IMG/VR virus record: IMGVR_UViG_3300031776_000001
Coordinates: 1-54,058 of that record
DNA: 54,058 nucleotides
Direction: 5' to 3' (one strand)
Source of the DNA: a virus
Lineage: Duplodnaviria; Caudoviricetes
The notes below the pieces were generated by a model. The model saw nothing but the letters and a program-made list of their open reading frames with translations. It was not told where the DNA came from and ran no database searches. Positions 45,601 to 53,577 of this stretch are shown in pieces. The position numbers and the translations under genes were made by a program. The first letter of the stretch is position 1. Each line of letters opens with the position of its first letter.

Positions 45601-46232
45601 GGCTTGCCAGTGATCCGCTCCAGTGCCCGGGCACCCCGGCGCAGCCCAGCCAGCGGCACCGTCACCGGGAGCGCCATGATGCGCCCCAGGAGCTCATCGG
45701 TAGCCGCCACCACGTCGTAGGTCTTGGCCAGTGCCGGAGAGGTCTCGAGGAGGCGCACCACCTTGGGAATCTTGCCCACCTTGCCGACCAGGCCCACGCC
45801 CACCAGGTTCAGGGGATCGAAGAGGATCTCCGAGCCCAGCTTGAGCCAGGGGTGCCCTTCCATGGCGAGGTTCCAGGCCTCGGTGAAGCTCTCCGCCTCC
45901 CGTACCCTGGGATCCTCCGAGATCTGCTTGACGTACCACCCCAGCGCTGGGCGCGTCACGAATTTGTTGCCGACATCGAGGAGCCACCCGGCTGCCGACA
46001 GTGCTTGCCGGAGCGGCCCCTTACCCGGTTGCTCAGCCTGCGCCGGGCTGGGTGTCACCGGTGGCGTGGTGCCCACCGGTGGCATCCGCCCTGGTGCCGC
46101 AGTCACCGGAGCCACGAAACTGGGCAGTGTCGGCTGCGGCGCCGGTCCCGTTGGGCGGCTACCCGGTAGTGCAGCACCAGTGCGAACCTCCGACAGTGCC
46201 TCCTCGAAGAGGCGACGTTCCAGTTCCCCCAT
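39654..46232 (-). CDS. Giant internal virion / DNA-ejection polyvalent protein (~2,192 aa)
   Basis: DPLNLVG ejection-protein motif; internal HELAH zincin, SAM-lyase-like and glycosylase-like segments; GAAGGAGG RBS before ATG 46232. Confidence 0.8.
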   Translation of the reverse strand: MGELERRLFEEALSEVRTGAALPGSRPTGPAPQPTLPSFVAPVTAAPGRMPPVGTTPPVTPSPAQAEQPGKGPLRQALSAAGWLLDVGNKFVTRPALGWYVKQISEDPRVREAESFTEAWNLAMEGHPWLKLGSEILFDPLNLVGVGLVGKVGKIPKVVRLLETSPALAKTYDVVAATDELLGRIMALPVTVPLAGLRRGARALERITGKPLFQKSPQAELRQNVQLFRRALEEAESRGVENPLAPEGEVVRLARQGWADLLIGQPREQVRDVIRGVDSVSLTRAWDALSREAPLRPEAREPLIEVKRELLERGLLQEVREGNRILVRPSERMRVHLELDDALLTREFPAPTRQTLHRILDAVAVATYAQNPGRFRDLDEVYGMMRIRASFEDDPGGASKLFQTVEEVTRKMLEDPRYVPESPDEELVASALKFLSHPPDAVERWQRRLRAGSQAMGEPMAKEAGAWYRDAGAWFSRLFPRGQGLPEEAIQRLVDPRNVDPAYQRAVYLSEAEAKRLNETLKEMGYRFRPTEAIPEPLFREAMSRIGEVPYRPPRERSVSRLTGVTKFVIPEQPVNPLLDTARTLGLTRVDRVDPTLARRLGIDLTRVDEAGYLVPEEAAKLVRHRLENRDIRDFALAAWAAGGKGANPLLNLRAVAGWTRQLAEGRHPSGMLLAGFDEFRRFLLLGYPGLLPDSAFADVTNLAEPLWRRVPDLGRLVPKPGQPSPYLDKLMNYTYVVDRYADIFDQAVAMRAAGVPEEQVLQYIKRAEREVNGAALDRWIRRDIALLSGIPYQEAVAQAEKAAGPARAVAERVLLRELWRRVQRDPELSRLYPNLAALQAGLWQIIRIEGEGVKRGLGEVVQALLQGDASGIRKILADWDLWMPSDIAKRDPQIRELLSEVAQRGILRSDEAAAIIDVLYPRLYQGLRRVRGYLELGPGGPVIYLTPRADITTLPHELAHLMRYVARGAGIFAEEAAPAEEAFARGVERLLATGDVPEPLRQALENYRRVAEVAYRRGLPREALTPEVARELLQDLALPAAPVPKRLREILESGDYVVLTSDKLGLPEEELVRRRQELLADLQSRGYQPIPVRGRYSEEGIVEESFLVPGMRERDALELGAKYEQESVLVGGKGLVYTSGPHRGHVVQATGEVSIQGPERLFFTEVDTPEGVVKFSVRLDDGTWPRDFAVEPGRLVPATPEQLRQVETAAARDLESAGQRSLLWEEVRPRTEEEVRRTLREIRKSRRLAFEAGDPNPEVAGRPLFDDQGKGPLDFNPRLKGALFDKAVRYLLSGQDWAPGVEQILGRVGSDGRLRSLSQRELGHLEWLLQKAGVLGPDAGLVVQAHFGGQLAQEVVEEAAGEAARLTRGKPGPTMRPLAVEDLREVLSQIAAEERLPQQNLDQLAELLGRTFGNENEPLAAVSLWLPHLRPRVVQALRASSPQELRNHAAALLREVGDTWAAFGVRFPVAQRLVDRLLPRTRRLRGQVQGELARSWYGSVLPDQMVRVLREAGALPRVQQLEESFQAARQALREISQHLVEREPLAPDLLAPTATIRDVVEARRFADENQRRVIDNFLQLIGLDPDEAAEAVLGKTVTETRREALVEAYADEMAKRLGVEKDPVAVRALSRLAQALPLRAWREQALLTPRYHLQNILDSTVKAVLYGVNPVIGRSAFTLAERLGIPIPESVLWRPQTTVWEEFASPQAETALGTLLSRLSRRLGAGAEKLVQFNRRVGQAVESSFRSGAWITETLRQLREARPAFDGLVRQVLGTRNGNRLIRMLDATERGVVFSVQQLEEAVRRVGGTPEQAAELSAAWSRVQVEASRRGEELARRLFFDYGDEKNIERWLGIRAWAPFHFWATRNIPFYLETLGQHPWLLRAWESYHQIAEDERERLGLPRRFIDTMPVPFLGWLFGPGTAYANPIVALSIADQLKYRYIPDDAPLLARLQVQASRVGLGLAPWAEIPLGVAGVLGEDWEPMRVLRHSGLLAQATGLDVEQPFREGIRRIRGQPETLTGSGYTDYLVKKRILELSVEETGRAADPEYVKALNDPESPIFQRAWQDVRRQLLAQEVVGMTLPVPVKFLPETERQIREARAQLPASSELPRGTMSQLAKQGWIGAAYVPLSWKPGPENLVAKVQALLFLPPGKQEELIQQDPELRRYFEWVQKQPRGVPRTPQAYWQATQR

Positions 46233-46265
46233 CGCCCCTCCTTCCGTTCTCATGATCCCTCGGCA

Positions 46266-47429
46266 TCAGAAGACCAGGTAATTGCGTGGGTTGACGATCT
46301 TCCCACTGGCATCACGCATCTCGATATGGACATGCGGCCCCGTCGAGTAGCCAGTGTTCCCCGACAGGCCCAGAAAGGCCCCTGGCTCCACGCGCTGCCC
46401 AGGGCGCACTGCCACGGCGGACAGATGCCCCAGGATCAGGACCTTGCCATCGTCGAGCCGGATGGTCACTGAGTTGCCATACCCACCATTCCAACCCGCT
46501 TGGACCACCACCCCGCGGAAGGGGCTGTAGAGACGCGTCCCACTAGGCACGCCGATGTCGATACCGCTATGGTAGCCACCGCGATACATCCGCGGGTTGT
46601 GGTTGGCGTACTCCTGAGTGATGGGGAAGCGCTGTCCACCGAAGATGGTCCAGACACTCCCTTGCACCACCGCTCCAGCCGGTTGCCCCAGATTCTGGAG
46701 GCGGGCCAGCGTGTTGCGGAACTTCTCGACATACTGGAACCCAGTCGTGCCCAAGGCATCGCGGGCACCGGTGATGTTGCCCTGGGCATCGATGGCTCCG
46801 AAGTAGGCTGCCGCTGCCTTGTCCCACGAACCGTAGCGCCGGTATAGCTCAGCTAGGTAATCTGCTGCCGTGAAGACATTCACCCGCGGATCCCACAGGT
46901 TGCCACCATATTTGGCGGCGCGCCCCGCGTGGTAGTTGGGCATGACCTGCATCAAACCCACCGCTCCGGCGGGTGAACGCGCCTGCGGATTCCCCCCACT
47001 CTCGATGGCCATGATGGCTCCCAGAACTTGCCAGGGCACCCCGAACTGCCGCTCTGCCTCCTCCAGGAGCGGCTTCCACTGCAGGACACCGCTGATGTCA
47101 GCACCCTCCTGCGGGTTGCCGGTGGGTAGGTTCTTGGCTCCGGGGAGCTGTTCCTGGGCAGCCAAGAGCAGTGCCTCGCGGAGCTGCTCTTCAGGACTCT
47201 TGCGGATCCCATACACGACATCGTAACCGACGCCATAGCGCGAGAGTGCTGTCTCTGGCTCCCGGACACCATAGACGACATCGTAGCGCGCCGGTGGAAC
47301 CGGTGCGAAGGAGCTCACCAGCTCCTTGTGAAAGCGGTCAGGACGCAGCAACGGTGGAGTGGGAGGTAGCAGGACTCCGGCTTGCATCGGCTTGGGCCAG
47401 AGCGGACCAGCCAGATTCCCGAACACCAT
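46266..47429 (-). CDS. Virion-associated lytic transglycosylase (SLT) + M23 peptidase
   Basis: IESGGNPQARSPAGAVGLMQVMP; HSGIDIG...GGYGN...GHLS...STGPHVH. Confidence 0.92.
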   Translation of the reverse strand: MVFGNLAGPLWPKPMQAGVLLPPTPPLLRPDRFHKELVSSFAPVPPARYDVVYGVREPETALSRYGVGYDVVYGIRKSPEEQLREALLLAAQEQLPGAKNLPTGNPQEGADISGVLQWKPLLEEAERQFGVPWQVLGAIMAIESGGNPQARSPAGAVGLMQVMPNYHAGRAAKYGGNLWDPRVNVFTAADYLAELYRRYGSWDKAAAAYFGAIDAQGNITGARDALGTTGFQYVEKFRNTLARLQNLGQPAGAVVQGSVWTIFGGQRFPITQEYANHNPRMYRGGYHSGIDIGVPSGTRLYSPFRGVVVQAGWNGGYGNSVTIRLDDGKVLILGHLSAVAVRPGQRVEPGAFLGLSGNTGYSTGPHVHIEMRDASGKIVNPRNYLVF

Positions 47430-47447
47430 CTCCCCACCTCATCCGGA

Positions 47448-48170
47448 TCATCTGCCAAAGTAGCGGTCAATGAAGCCAGTGCTGACCAGGAACTCGAGGA
47501 AGCTCATGCCCTGGGCATTGGTGCTGGCGTAGTAGCGGATGTAGTCATCCAGCTTCTGTTGGAGATCCTGGCGCGCTATCCGCTGCCAGGTCGGCGTCAT
47601 CCACAGTCCTCCCAGGTACTGCAAGATGTCGTCAACCAGGCGATACTGGTCCGCGAAGTCACCATATTGCTCACCCGGCACGAAGTTGCGCAGCGCTTGC
47701 CCGATGGTGCGGCGCGAGAGCTGGGTCCCCGCCAAGGCGCTGGGAGTCCGCAGCAACATCTGCGGGAGCTGCTGGGCAAACGCCAGGAACCCGGCAGCTT
47801 GTGACTCCTGGTCTGCTGTCGGCGGGTTCAAGATGTCGTAGACCAGCCGGAGACCAGGTGACATGCTGACGGCGAAGGACGTGAAGGGGTTGGTCAAGTG
47901 GGTCGTGTACCCCATCTCGGCCAAGCGCTGGGTGATAGCTGACGCTGGATACTGGTAGAACCAGCTCTGCTGCCAGATGTTGCCGGTGACTGGCCCAAAC
48001 AGCGGGGAGCCGCGTGGATTGACCTGGAACTGGCTCCCGTACACCGGCTTCCCGGCTCCCGTCACCTGCTGGTACATCTGTTGCTGCTGTTGCTGCGCTT
48101 GTGCTCCCGCCTGCAGCGCATTCGGATCGTAAGGGTTGTACCACGGCGAACCCAAGTGACCCGGCATCAT
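47448..48170 (-). CDS. Probable internal virion protein (240 aa)
   Basis: Q/G/P-rich N-terminus; lies in the portal-to-ejection gene block. Confidence 0.65.
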   Translation of the reverse strand: MMPGHLGSPWYNPYDPNALQAGAQAQQQQQQMYQQVTGAGKPVYGSQFQVNPRGSPLFGPVTGNIWQQSWFYQYPASAITQRLAEMGYTTHLTNPFTSFAVSMSPGLRLVYDILNPPTADQESQAAGFLAFAQQLPQMLLRTPSALAGTQLSRRTIGQALRNFVPGEQYGDFADQYRLVDDILQYLGGLWMTPTWQRIARQDLQQKLDDYIRYYASTNAQGMSFLEFLVSTGFIDRYFGR

Positions 48171-48180
48171 CTCCTCCTGT

Positions 48181-48540
48181 TCATGCGAAGGCGAACCACC
48201 GCAGTGGTCGCTGATAGCGTCTCAGATCCATCCCGCGCATCTGCGGCACCAGGGTAGCCAGCAGACGGTTGGGATCCAACGTGCTCAAGTATTCCACCCA
48301 GTCGGGTGCAGTGGGCCCCTCGAGAGCACTCCGCGCCTGGTAGCCACGGTAGATGTCCTCGAAGAGGCGCTCCAAGCCCACGCGCTCCGCCAGGCTGGCA
48401 CCGAGCTCCCGCAACCAGAGCTCATAAGCTGCCTGCGGGCTCTGCTCGAAGTACCCTCGGGTGTAGATGGAGTAGAGCGGTACCTGACCAGCCCACCCCA
48501 CTGCTGAGAGACGAGGAAGGCGTACCGCATAGTTGGCCAC
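48181..48540 (-). CDS. Hypothetical virion-region protein (119 aa)
   Basis: GGAGGTG RBS with GTG start. Confidence 0.65.
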   Translation of the reverse strand: MANYAVRLPRLSAVGWAGQVPLYSIYTRGYFEQSPQAAYELWLRELGASLAERVGLERLFEDIYRGYQARSALEGPTAPDWVEYLSTLDPNRLLATLVPQMRGMDLRRYQRPLRWFAFA

Positions 48541-48563
48541 GACTCATCACCTCCCTCGCTTGA

Positions 48564-48923
48564 TCAGAACCGTCTCCCCGGCATCGTCATCGGTGGCATC
48601 TGGCGACTGGGCATCTGGGCTGGCGCCATCGCGGGTGGCATCCGCCCCGCCTGAGCCAGCGCCATCTGGAGCATCATCGGGAGGTCACGGAATTCCTGGA
48701 TACCAGCTTGCTCCGGCGACATGCCTGGTGCACCCGGTACCATCATGGACGCCGGGCCCATCATACCGGCGGGTGAGCTCTGCTGGAGCGCCTGGAGCAG
48801 GGCCAGGAGGTCGAGGGCTCCTGCACTGTTCATCATCTCCTGGTTCTGGAGCAACCAGCGGATGAATGGTGAGGAGAGCAGGCGCTCTGGCATCATCCCA
48901 TTGGTCGGTCTCATCGGCATCAT
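48564..48923 (-). CDS. Met/Pro/Gln-rich protein (119 aa)
   Basis: AAGGAGG RBS; low-complexity composition. Confidence 0.65.
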   Translation of the reverse strand: MMPMRPTNGMMPERLLSSPFIRWLLQNQEMMNSAGALDLLALLQALQQSSPAGMMGPASMMVPGAPGMSPEQAGIQEFRDLPMMLQMALAQAGRMPPAMAPAQMPSRQMPPMTMPGRRF

Positions 48924-48951
48924 GGTGTGTCTGGATCCTCCTTCCCCGCCC

Positions 48952-50076
48952 TCAGGCTAGCGGATCATACCCTACATTCCACAGGAACTCGGCGAAGTCC
49001 TGGAGTTGCCCATAGCTCCGCCACTGTCGCTCCAGTTCCTGAAGCTCTTGCCGCTTGCGGCGCATCTCCTCCTCGCTGAAGCCATACCGTCGCAGCAAGG
49101 GCTCGATACCTTGCTCCCAGTACAGCTCCGCTACCGAGGCTCCGGGAGTCTGGGCAGCCCTCCGCGCTGCCAGGCGCAGGGCTTGTCCCTTCTCGGTAGT
49201 CACTCCCAGCACATCGAGCACATCCTGCTGGCGGCGGTAGACATCGAGCCAGGTGGGTACCGTGCCAGATGGCGCGGTCTCGACCCCTGGTGCACTCATG
49301 CCTGGGCGGTTCCGGTAGAGGTTCCACAGTGCATAGGTCGGCTGCACACCCGCCGCCTGCATCGCCTCCAGGCTGGGGTAGAAACCCATGAGGACCTGAT
49401 CCGGTATCGGTTGCCCCGCCTCCAAAGCCTCGGTCACCTTGCCCACATTCGGCAGCTGGGCAGGGATCACTGGCCGGTCCGCCATGGCTACCACCTCGGC
49501 AGGAGCCAGGAAGTAGGTGGGTTCCAGGCCCATCTGGCGGATCTCGTCGATGGTGGAGGCCATGCCAGTGATGATCTGATCCGGCACCGGTGTCACCCGG
49601 ATCGGCTCCTGGTAGAGGGTGCTGCTCCGAGGGCTCGGCGCTGGCTGAGACTGCAGGCTGTAGGTGGGGCGGAGACCACGCTGCGCCAGCTCCTCCATGG
49701 TTGCAGCCTGCCCCGTCAGGATCTGATCCGGCACCAGCGTCGAGGCCAACGGCTCCGTCAGCGAGGCCCGCGGTGGCGTCACCGCTGGCTGCACCGGTGG
49801 CAGGTTGCCGAGTTTCCGCTGCGCCTCGACGAAGGAGGGGCTCTTCCAGGGATCATAAGGGCGGAACTCCGGCACCTCGGCAGGCTCAGCCGTCAGGAAC
49901 GAGGTCAGCCAGGCTCCTGGGTAGCTCATAGCCACATTCAAGCCCTGCAGCGTGGCCGATACCCCCTGGCGCCCACGATGCGCCGCGGTAATCGCACCGG
50001 CCTCCGTCTGTTCCGCCAGCCAGCGCAACCAGTTCCCCACATCACGCACCGTGACCGGTGCCATCGTCGTCGGCAT
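48952..50076 (-). CDS. Probable internal virion protein with three PDQ repeats (374 aa)
   Basis: GGAGGTG RBS; directly after portal. Confidence 0.7.
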   Translation of the reverse strand: MPTTMAPVTVRDVGNWLRWLAEQTEAGAITAAHRGRQGVSATLQGLNVAMSYPGAWLTSFLTAEPAEVPEFRPYDPWKSPSFVEAQRKLGNLPPVQPAVTPPRASLTEPLASTLVPDQILTGQAATMEELAQRGLRPTYSLQSQPAPSPRSSTLYQEPIRVTPVPDQIITGMASTIDEIRQMGLEPTYFLAPAEVVAMADRPVIPAQLPNVGKVTEALEAGQPIPDQVLMGFYPSLEAMQAAGVQPTYALWNLYRNRPGMSAPGVETAPSGTVPTWLDVYRRQQDVLDVLGVTTEKGQALRLAARRAAQTPGASVAELYWEQGIEPLLRRYGFSEEEMRRKRQELQELERQWRSYGQLQDFAEFLWNVGYDPLA

Positions 50077-50087
50077 GTCTCACCTCC

Positions 50088-52037
50088 TCACACCAAGCCC
50101 GGGATCTCCCCAGCTCCCGGCAGCGGCTCCACTCCCGGCACTCCCGGCGGTGCCTGTTCACCTTGACCACCCGCTACCGAGGCCTGCGAGTGCTGCAACA
50201 GGTTCATGAGCGTGGCCAGCTGCGGTGGCAGTACTTGTGGCGGTGGTACCGCGGGTGACACTCCAGCGGGGGCACTCGCGCCACTCTCACCAGGCGGCGC
50301 TGACTCCTTCTGGCTCTGCCGCAGCTCCTTCTGCAGCTTGGCCTGTCGCCAGAGTTCATAGAGCACCGGATCAGTGCGCGCCAGAGCCCAGGGCACCAGG
50401 ACCTCACGCGTCACCTCGGGGTCGAGGTAGGCGAGATCAGCCAAGACCCTCTCGTTCTCCCGTTGCGGATTCTCGATACCCAGAAACTCGTCGCGGGCCG
50501 TCTCCAGGGAGATCAGCTTCTTGTCGGTGAGCAACGCCGCCAGCTGCGCCATCTGGACGCGGTCTCGCGGTGCCACCTTGCGGAACCTGACCACGGTGCG
50601 GGTGCCCACGGCAGCCACGAGATCTGGGGTAATGGCATTCCCCGACACCAGACGCCCCGTCAAGGGATCGCGCACTAGATACCCCACTGGGCCATCATGG
50701 AGATCCCGAATCAGCTCCAGAGCACGCTGGTTCACCTGCTCGATCACTTGCTCCAACACCCGCGTCAGCGGGTGCAGCGTATCCATGGCAGCATCAGTCT
50801 GGAGCGTCAGCGCAAAGCCGGAGCCTTGGCCCACGCCCCAGAGGACACCCGGCAACCCTCCCTTCTCCACGTCATCCACCAGCGCCTGCATCACCGGCGC
50901 CGCATTGGCCGGGTTGGGAGTCACCTGGAGCACATCCACCCGCTCCCTGTCGAAGTAGAGGAAGTTGGTGGCACCCGCCGACAGCTTGATGGGCTGCGGG
51001 TTGTCAGGGCGGGCCGGATCGTAGTAGTAGACGGTGGGCGGGTTGGCGACTCTGGCCACCTCCGTCGCGAGTTGTGAGATGAGACGGTTCAGTTGGCGAT
51101 AGGCTCGCTTGATGCCATGGAAGATGGAGACGCCCACCTCTTGTGTCCAGTGCTGCTGGTCACGGAAGGTGGCCCGGATGGGAGCTCCCAAACCGGTGGC
51201 GACAATCCAGGGCACGAAACCATACCCATGCTCCGTGGGTGGCTTGATCTCGATTCCATCCACCTCCAGCGCATGCCACCAGTCGTCGTAATAGGCCTGC
51301 ACCTCGACAATATGATCCTCATCGCGCCCCGAGAGTGCCTTCTCCGCCTCGGGCCACTCATCCAGGATCTCCCCTACCGTTGCCCAGTAGCGGTGCACCA
51401 CGTAACGGAGCCCGTTGGTTCCCAACTGTGGGTAGACCTGCCGCGGGTCACAGACATGGAGCTCCACCGGCAGCTCCCCCGCCGGTGCATCGGCGTTGTA
51501 GGAGATCCGGATGGTCACCCATCCCCGCAGGCAGAGAAAGTGGGCGATGTCGCGGAGCAGCGGGCCATGTAGCCCTTGCATCCAGCGACGGTCCCAGACC
51601 TCCCAGGCATAGCGCAGGAAGTCCTCGATGGCCTGAGCCGCCTCCCGCAACCGGCTGTGCGGCGGCACGGCATCGATGGATGGCAGCTGCTTGGACAGAA
51701 TCGACGATGCCTTCTCCACCAGCACCCACGGGATGTTGCGGATCACCACCTCTCCCTCGCCCTGGGGGATATCGGTCATCCGGTAGAGCGAGAGATCTTC
51801 ATCCATCCGCTGGTCACGGAGGGCCCAGAACTCCGTGGCGCGCTGCACCAGTGTCTGGATCTGTTCCCGCGTCGGCTTGCGCCGCCGAGGGTGCCGCTCC
51901 TCCTCCTCGGTAGCCGAGGGCTCCAACAGCCCTTGCACCTCGGCCATCCCCTCGGCGATCCGCCACAAACCCTCTGGATTCTCTTCTGGAGGCTGCGGGG
52001 GCAGTACCATGGCCCCTCCTTTCTCACCATTGGTCAT
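50088..52037 (-). CDS. Portal protein (likely start 52010)
   Basis: ~640 aa directly after terL; DPRQVYP, HGYGFVP, ANPP, SGFAL and LISLETARDE patterns are typical of podoviral portals. Confidence 0.85.
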   Translation of the reverse strand: MTNGEKGGAMVLPPQPPEENPEGLWRIAEGMAEVQGLLEPSATEEEERHPRRRKPTREQIQTLVQRATEFWALRDQRMDEDLSLYRMTDIPQGEGEVVIRNIPWVLVEKASSILSKQLPSIDAVPPHSRLREAAQAIEDFLRYAWEVWDRRWMQGLHGPLLRDIAHFLCLRGWVTIRISYNADAPAGELPVELHVCDPRQVYPQLGTNGLRYVVHRYWATVGEILDEWPEAEKALSGRDEDHIVEVQAYYDDWWHALEVDGIEIKPPTEHGYGFVPWIVATGLGAPIRATFRDQQHWTQEVGVSIFHGIKRAYRQLNRLISQLATEVARVANPPTVYYYDPARPDNPQPIKLSAGATNFLYFDRERVDVLQVTPNPANAAPVMQALVDDVEKGGLPGVLWGVGQGSGFALTLQTDAAMDTLHPLTRVLEQVIEQVNQRALELIRDLHDGPVGYLVRDPLTGRLVSGNAITPDLVAAVGTRTVVRFRKVAPRDRVQMAQLAALLTDKKLISLETARDEFLGIENPQRENERVLADLAYLDPEVTREVLVPWALARTDPVLYELWRQAKLQKELRQSQKESAPPGESGASAPAGVSPAVPPPQVLPPQLATLMNLLQHSQASVAGGQGEQAPPGVPGVEPLPGAGEIPGLV

Positions 52038-53577
52038 ACGCCATGCGCCGGACCACTGGCTCAGGGCGCTCCAGGCGCCGGAACGGTGGCAGGTTCACGA
52101 AGAAGTACTCCACCGCGCTGCGCAGATGCGAGGTCCCATCATGAATGGGCCTGCCACGCTCATCCTTGCGGGCCCGGCTCATCGCCTCATCGACGAGGGA
52201 AGCATCGACAGCACTCCCTGGGTTCACATTGACCACCACGCGCCGGATCCCGATTTCGGTGAGTTGCTTGCGGGTAAGATAATCCCGCGCCTTCTGGTTG
52301 GTGAAGACGTAGATCCCATGCTGCTTCAAGATGTCCAGCACCGAGAGCCCAGTCCCCACATGACGGTTGCCCCCTGCTGGATCACCGAAGTGGATCGGCT
52401 TGGCCCACTTGCGGTGGGCCTGGATCTTGGCCCTCTCGTCCATGCTGTAGAGGTGCTCCCGCTCCGGCTCCAGCTCCCCCGTCACGAAGGGGATGAACCA
52501 GTCCACCGGCATATCGCGGCGCTGGATGGCATCGAGGCAGACCACCTCATCCCGCTCACGATTGACCTGCCACCAGATGATGCAGGTGGTGTCGAGCCCG
52601 AAGTCCCAGCTGCAGTAGAGCAGCGCATTGGGATCATACTCCCGCTGCTCCCGCCGCACTCCCTGCCACCCCGGGTAGACCAGATCCCCCTGGTCCACGT
52701 AGGGATCCATCTCCAGCTCCTGGAGGATCTCCTCCCGCGTCTTCCGCTCCAGCTGCCGCTGGTACCAGGCCTCATCCTTGCGGGGATGCAGGCGCCAGTG
52801 CAACTGGAGGCGGGGAATCTGCTCCGACTCCCAGAGGCGCCAGAACAGGTTGTCGGCACCGTTGACAGTGGACACGGCGATGCGGCACCGGGTGGCCTCA
52901 GAGGCAGAGCGCCAGGCCCGCTCCTGGGTGTTCTTCTCCCAGTGCGCCAGCTCGTCGATGAAGATCACCGAGAACCGCCCCTGGCGTCCAAAGTTCCCCT
53001 GCGACGACTCCCCCTTGATGGCGGAGCCGTTAGCGGGATTGATCAGCTTCATGTGGAACCGGTGCTTGCGCGGCAGGAACCCCTCAGGCTTGAGCCAGCT
53101 GGGCAGCCGCTCCAACATGTAGTCGAGCCTGCCGAAGTGGGAATCCACGAGGCGATTATCCACCAGGTCCTCAGTGCGGGATCCGATGAGAGCTTGAAAA
53201 CCTTGGTCGAACAGCCAGTGCCAGAGCAGCCAGGCCATCGCTACCCAGCTGGCACCCATGTCGCGAGACTTCAGGATGATTCCATCCTCCTGGTTGCGGT
53301 AACGCTCCTCGTACCAGCGGATGAGATGCACCTGGAACTCGTAGAGGATGAAGGGGAGATGCGGCGTCTTGCCACTCTCCAGTTCACGAGGGTCGAAGGT
53401 CCACAGTGCGAAGTTGCAGAACCAGGCTGGATCCTCGCGACAACGGCGGCTGATCTCCTCGCGCAGCATGGGATCCCGGTGCGCCTGCACCGTGAGGAGG
53501 CCACGCTCCCGCAGCGTGGGTGGGCGGTCCGGGATCAGGATCCCGCCTCGTGGAGACGTGCTAGCCACCGTGCCCAC
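52024..53577 (-). CDS. terL: Terminase large subunit, second allele
   Basis: 517 aa; differs from copy 1 at five residues I could find (A/T, D/H, V/I, A/V, G/E), all in the N-terminal half. Confidence 0.93.
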   Translation of the reverse strand: MGTVASTSPRGGILIPDRPPTLRERGLLTVQAHRDPMLREEISRRCREDPAWFCNFALWTFDPRELESGKTPHLPFILYEFQVHLIRWYEERYRNQEDGIILKSRDMGASWVAMAWLLWHWLFDQGFQALIGSRTEDLVDNRLVDSHFGRLDYMLERLPSWLKPEGFLPRKHRFHMKLINPANGSAIKGESSQGNFGRQGRFSVIFIDELAHWEKNTQERAWRSASEATRCRIAVSTVNGADNLFWRLWESEQIPRLQLHWRLHPRKDEAWYQRQLERKTREEILQELEMDPYVDQGDLVYPGWQGVRREQREYDPNALLYCSWDFGLDTTCIIWWQVNRERDEVVCLDAIQRRDMPVDWFIPFVTGELEPEREHLYSMDERAKIQAHRKWAKPIHFGDPAGGNRHVGTGLSVLDILKQHGIYVFTNQKARDYLTRKQLTEIGIRRVVVNVNPGSAVDASLVDEAMSRARKDERGRPIHDGTSHLRSAVEYFFVNLPPFRRLERPEPVVRRMAYDQW

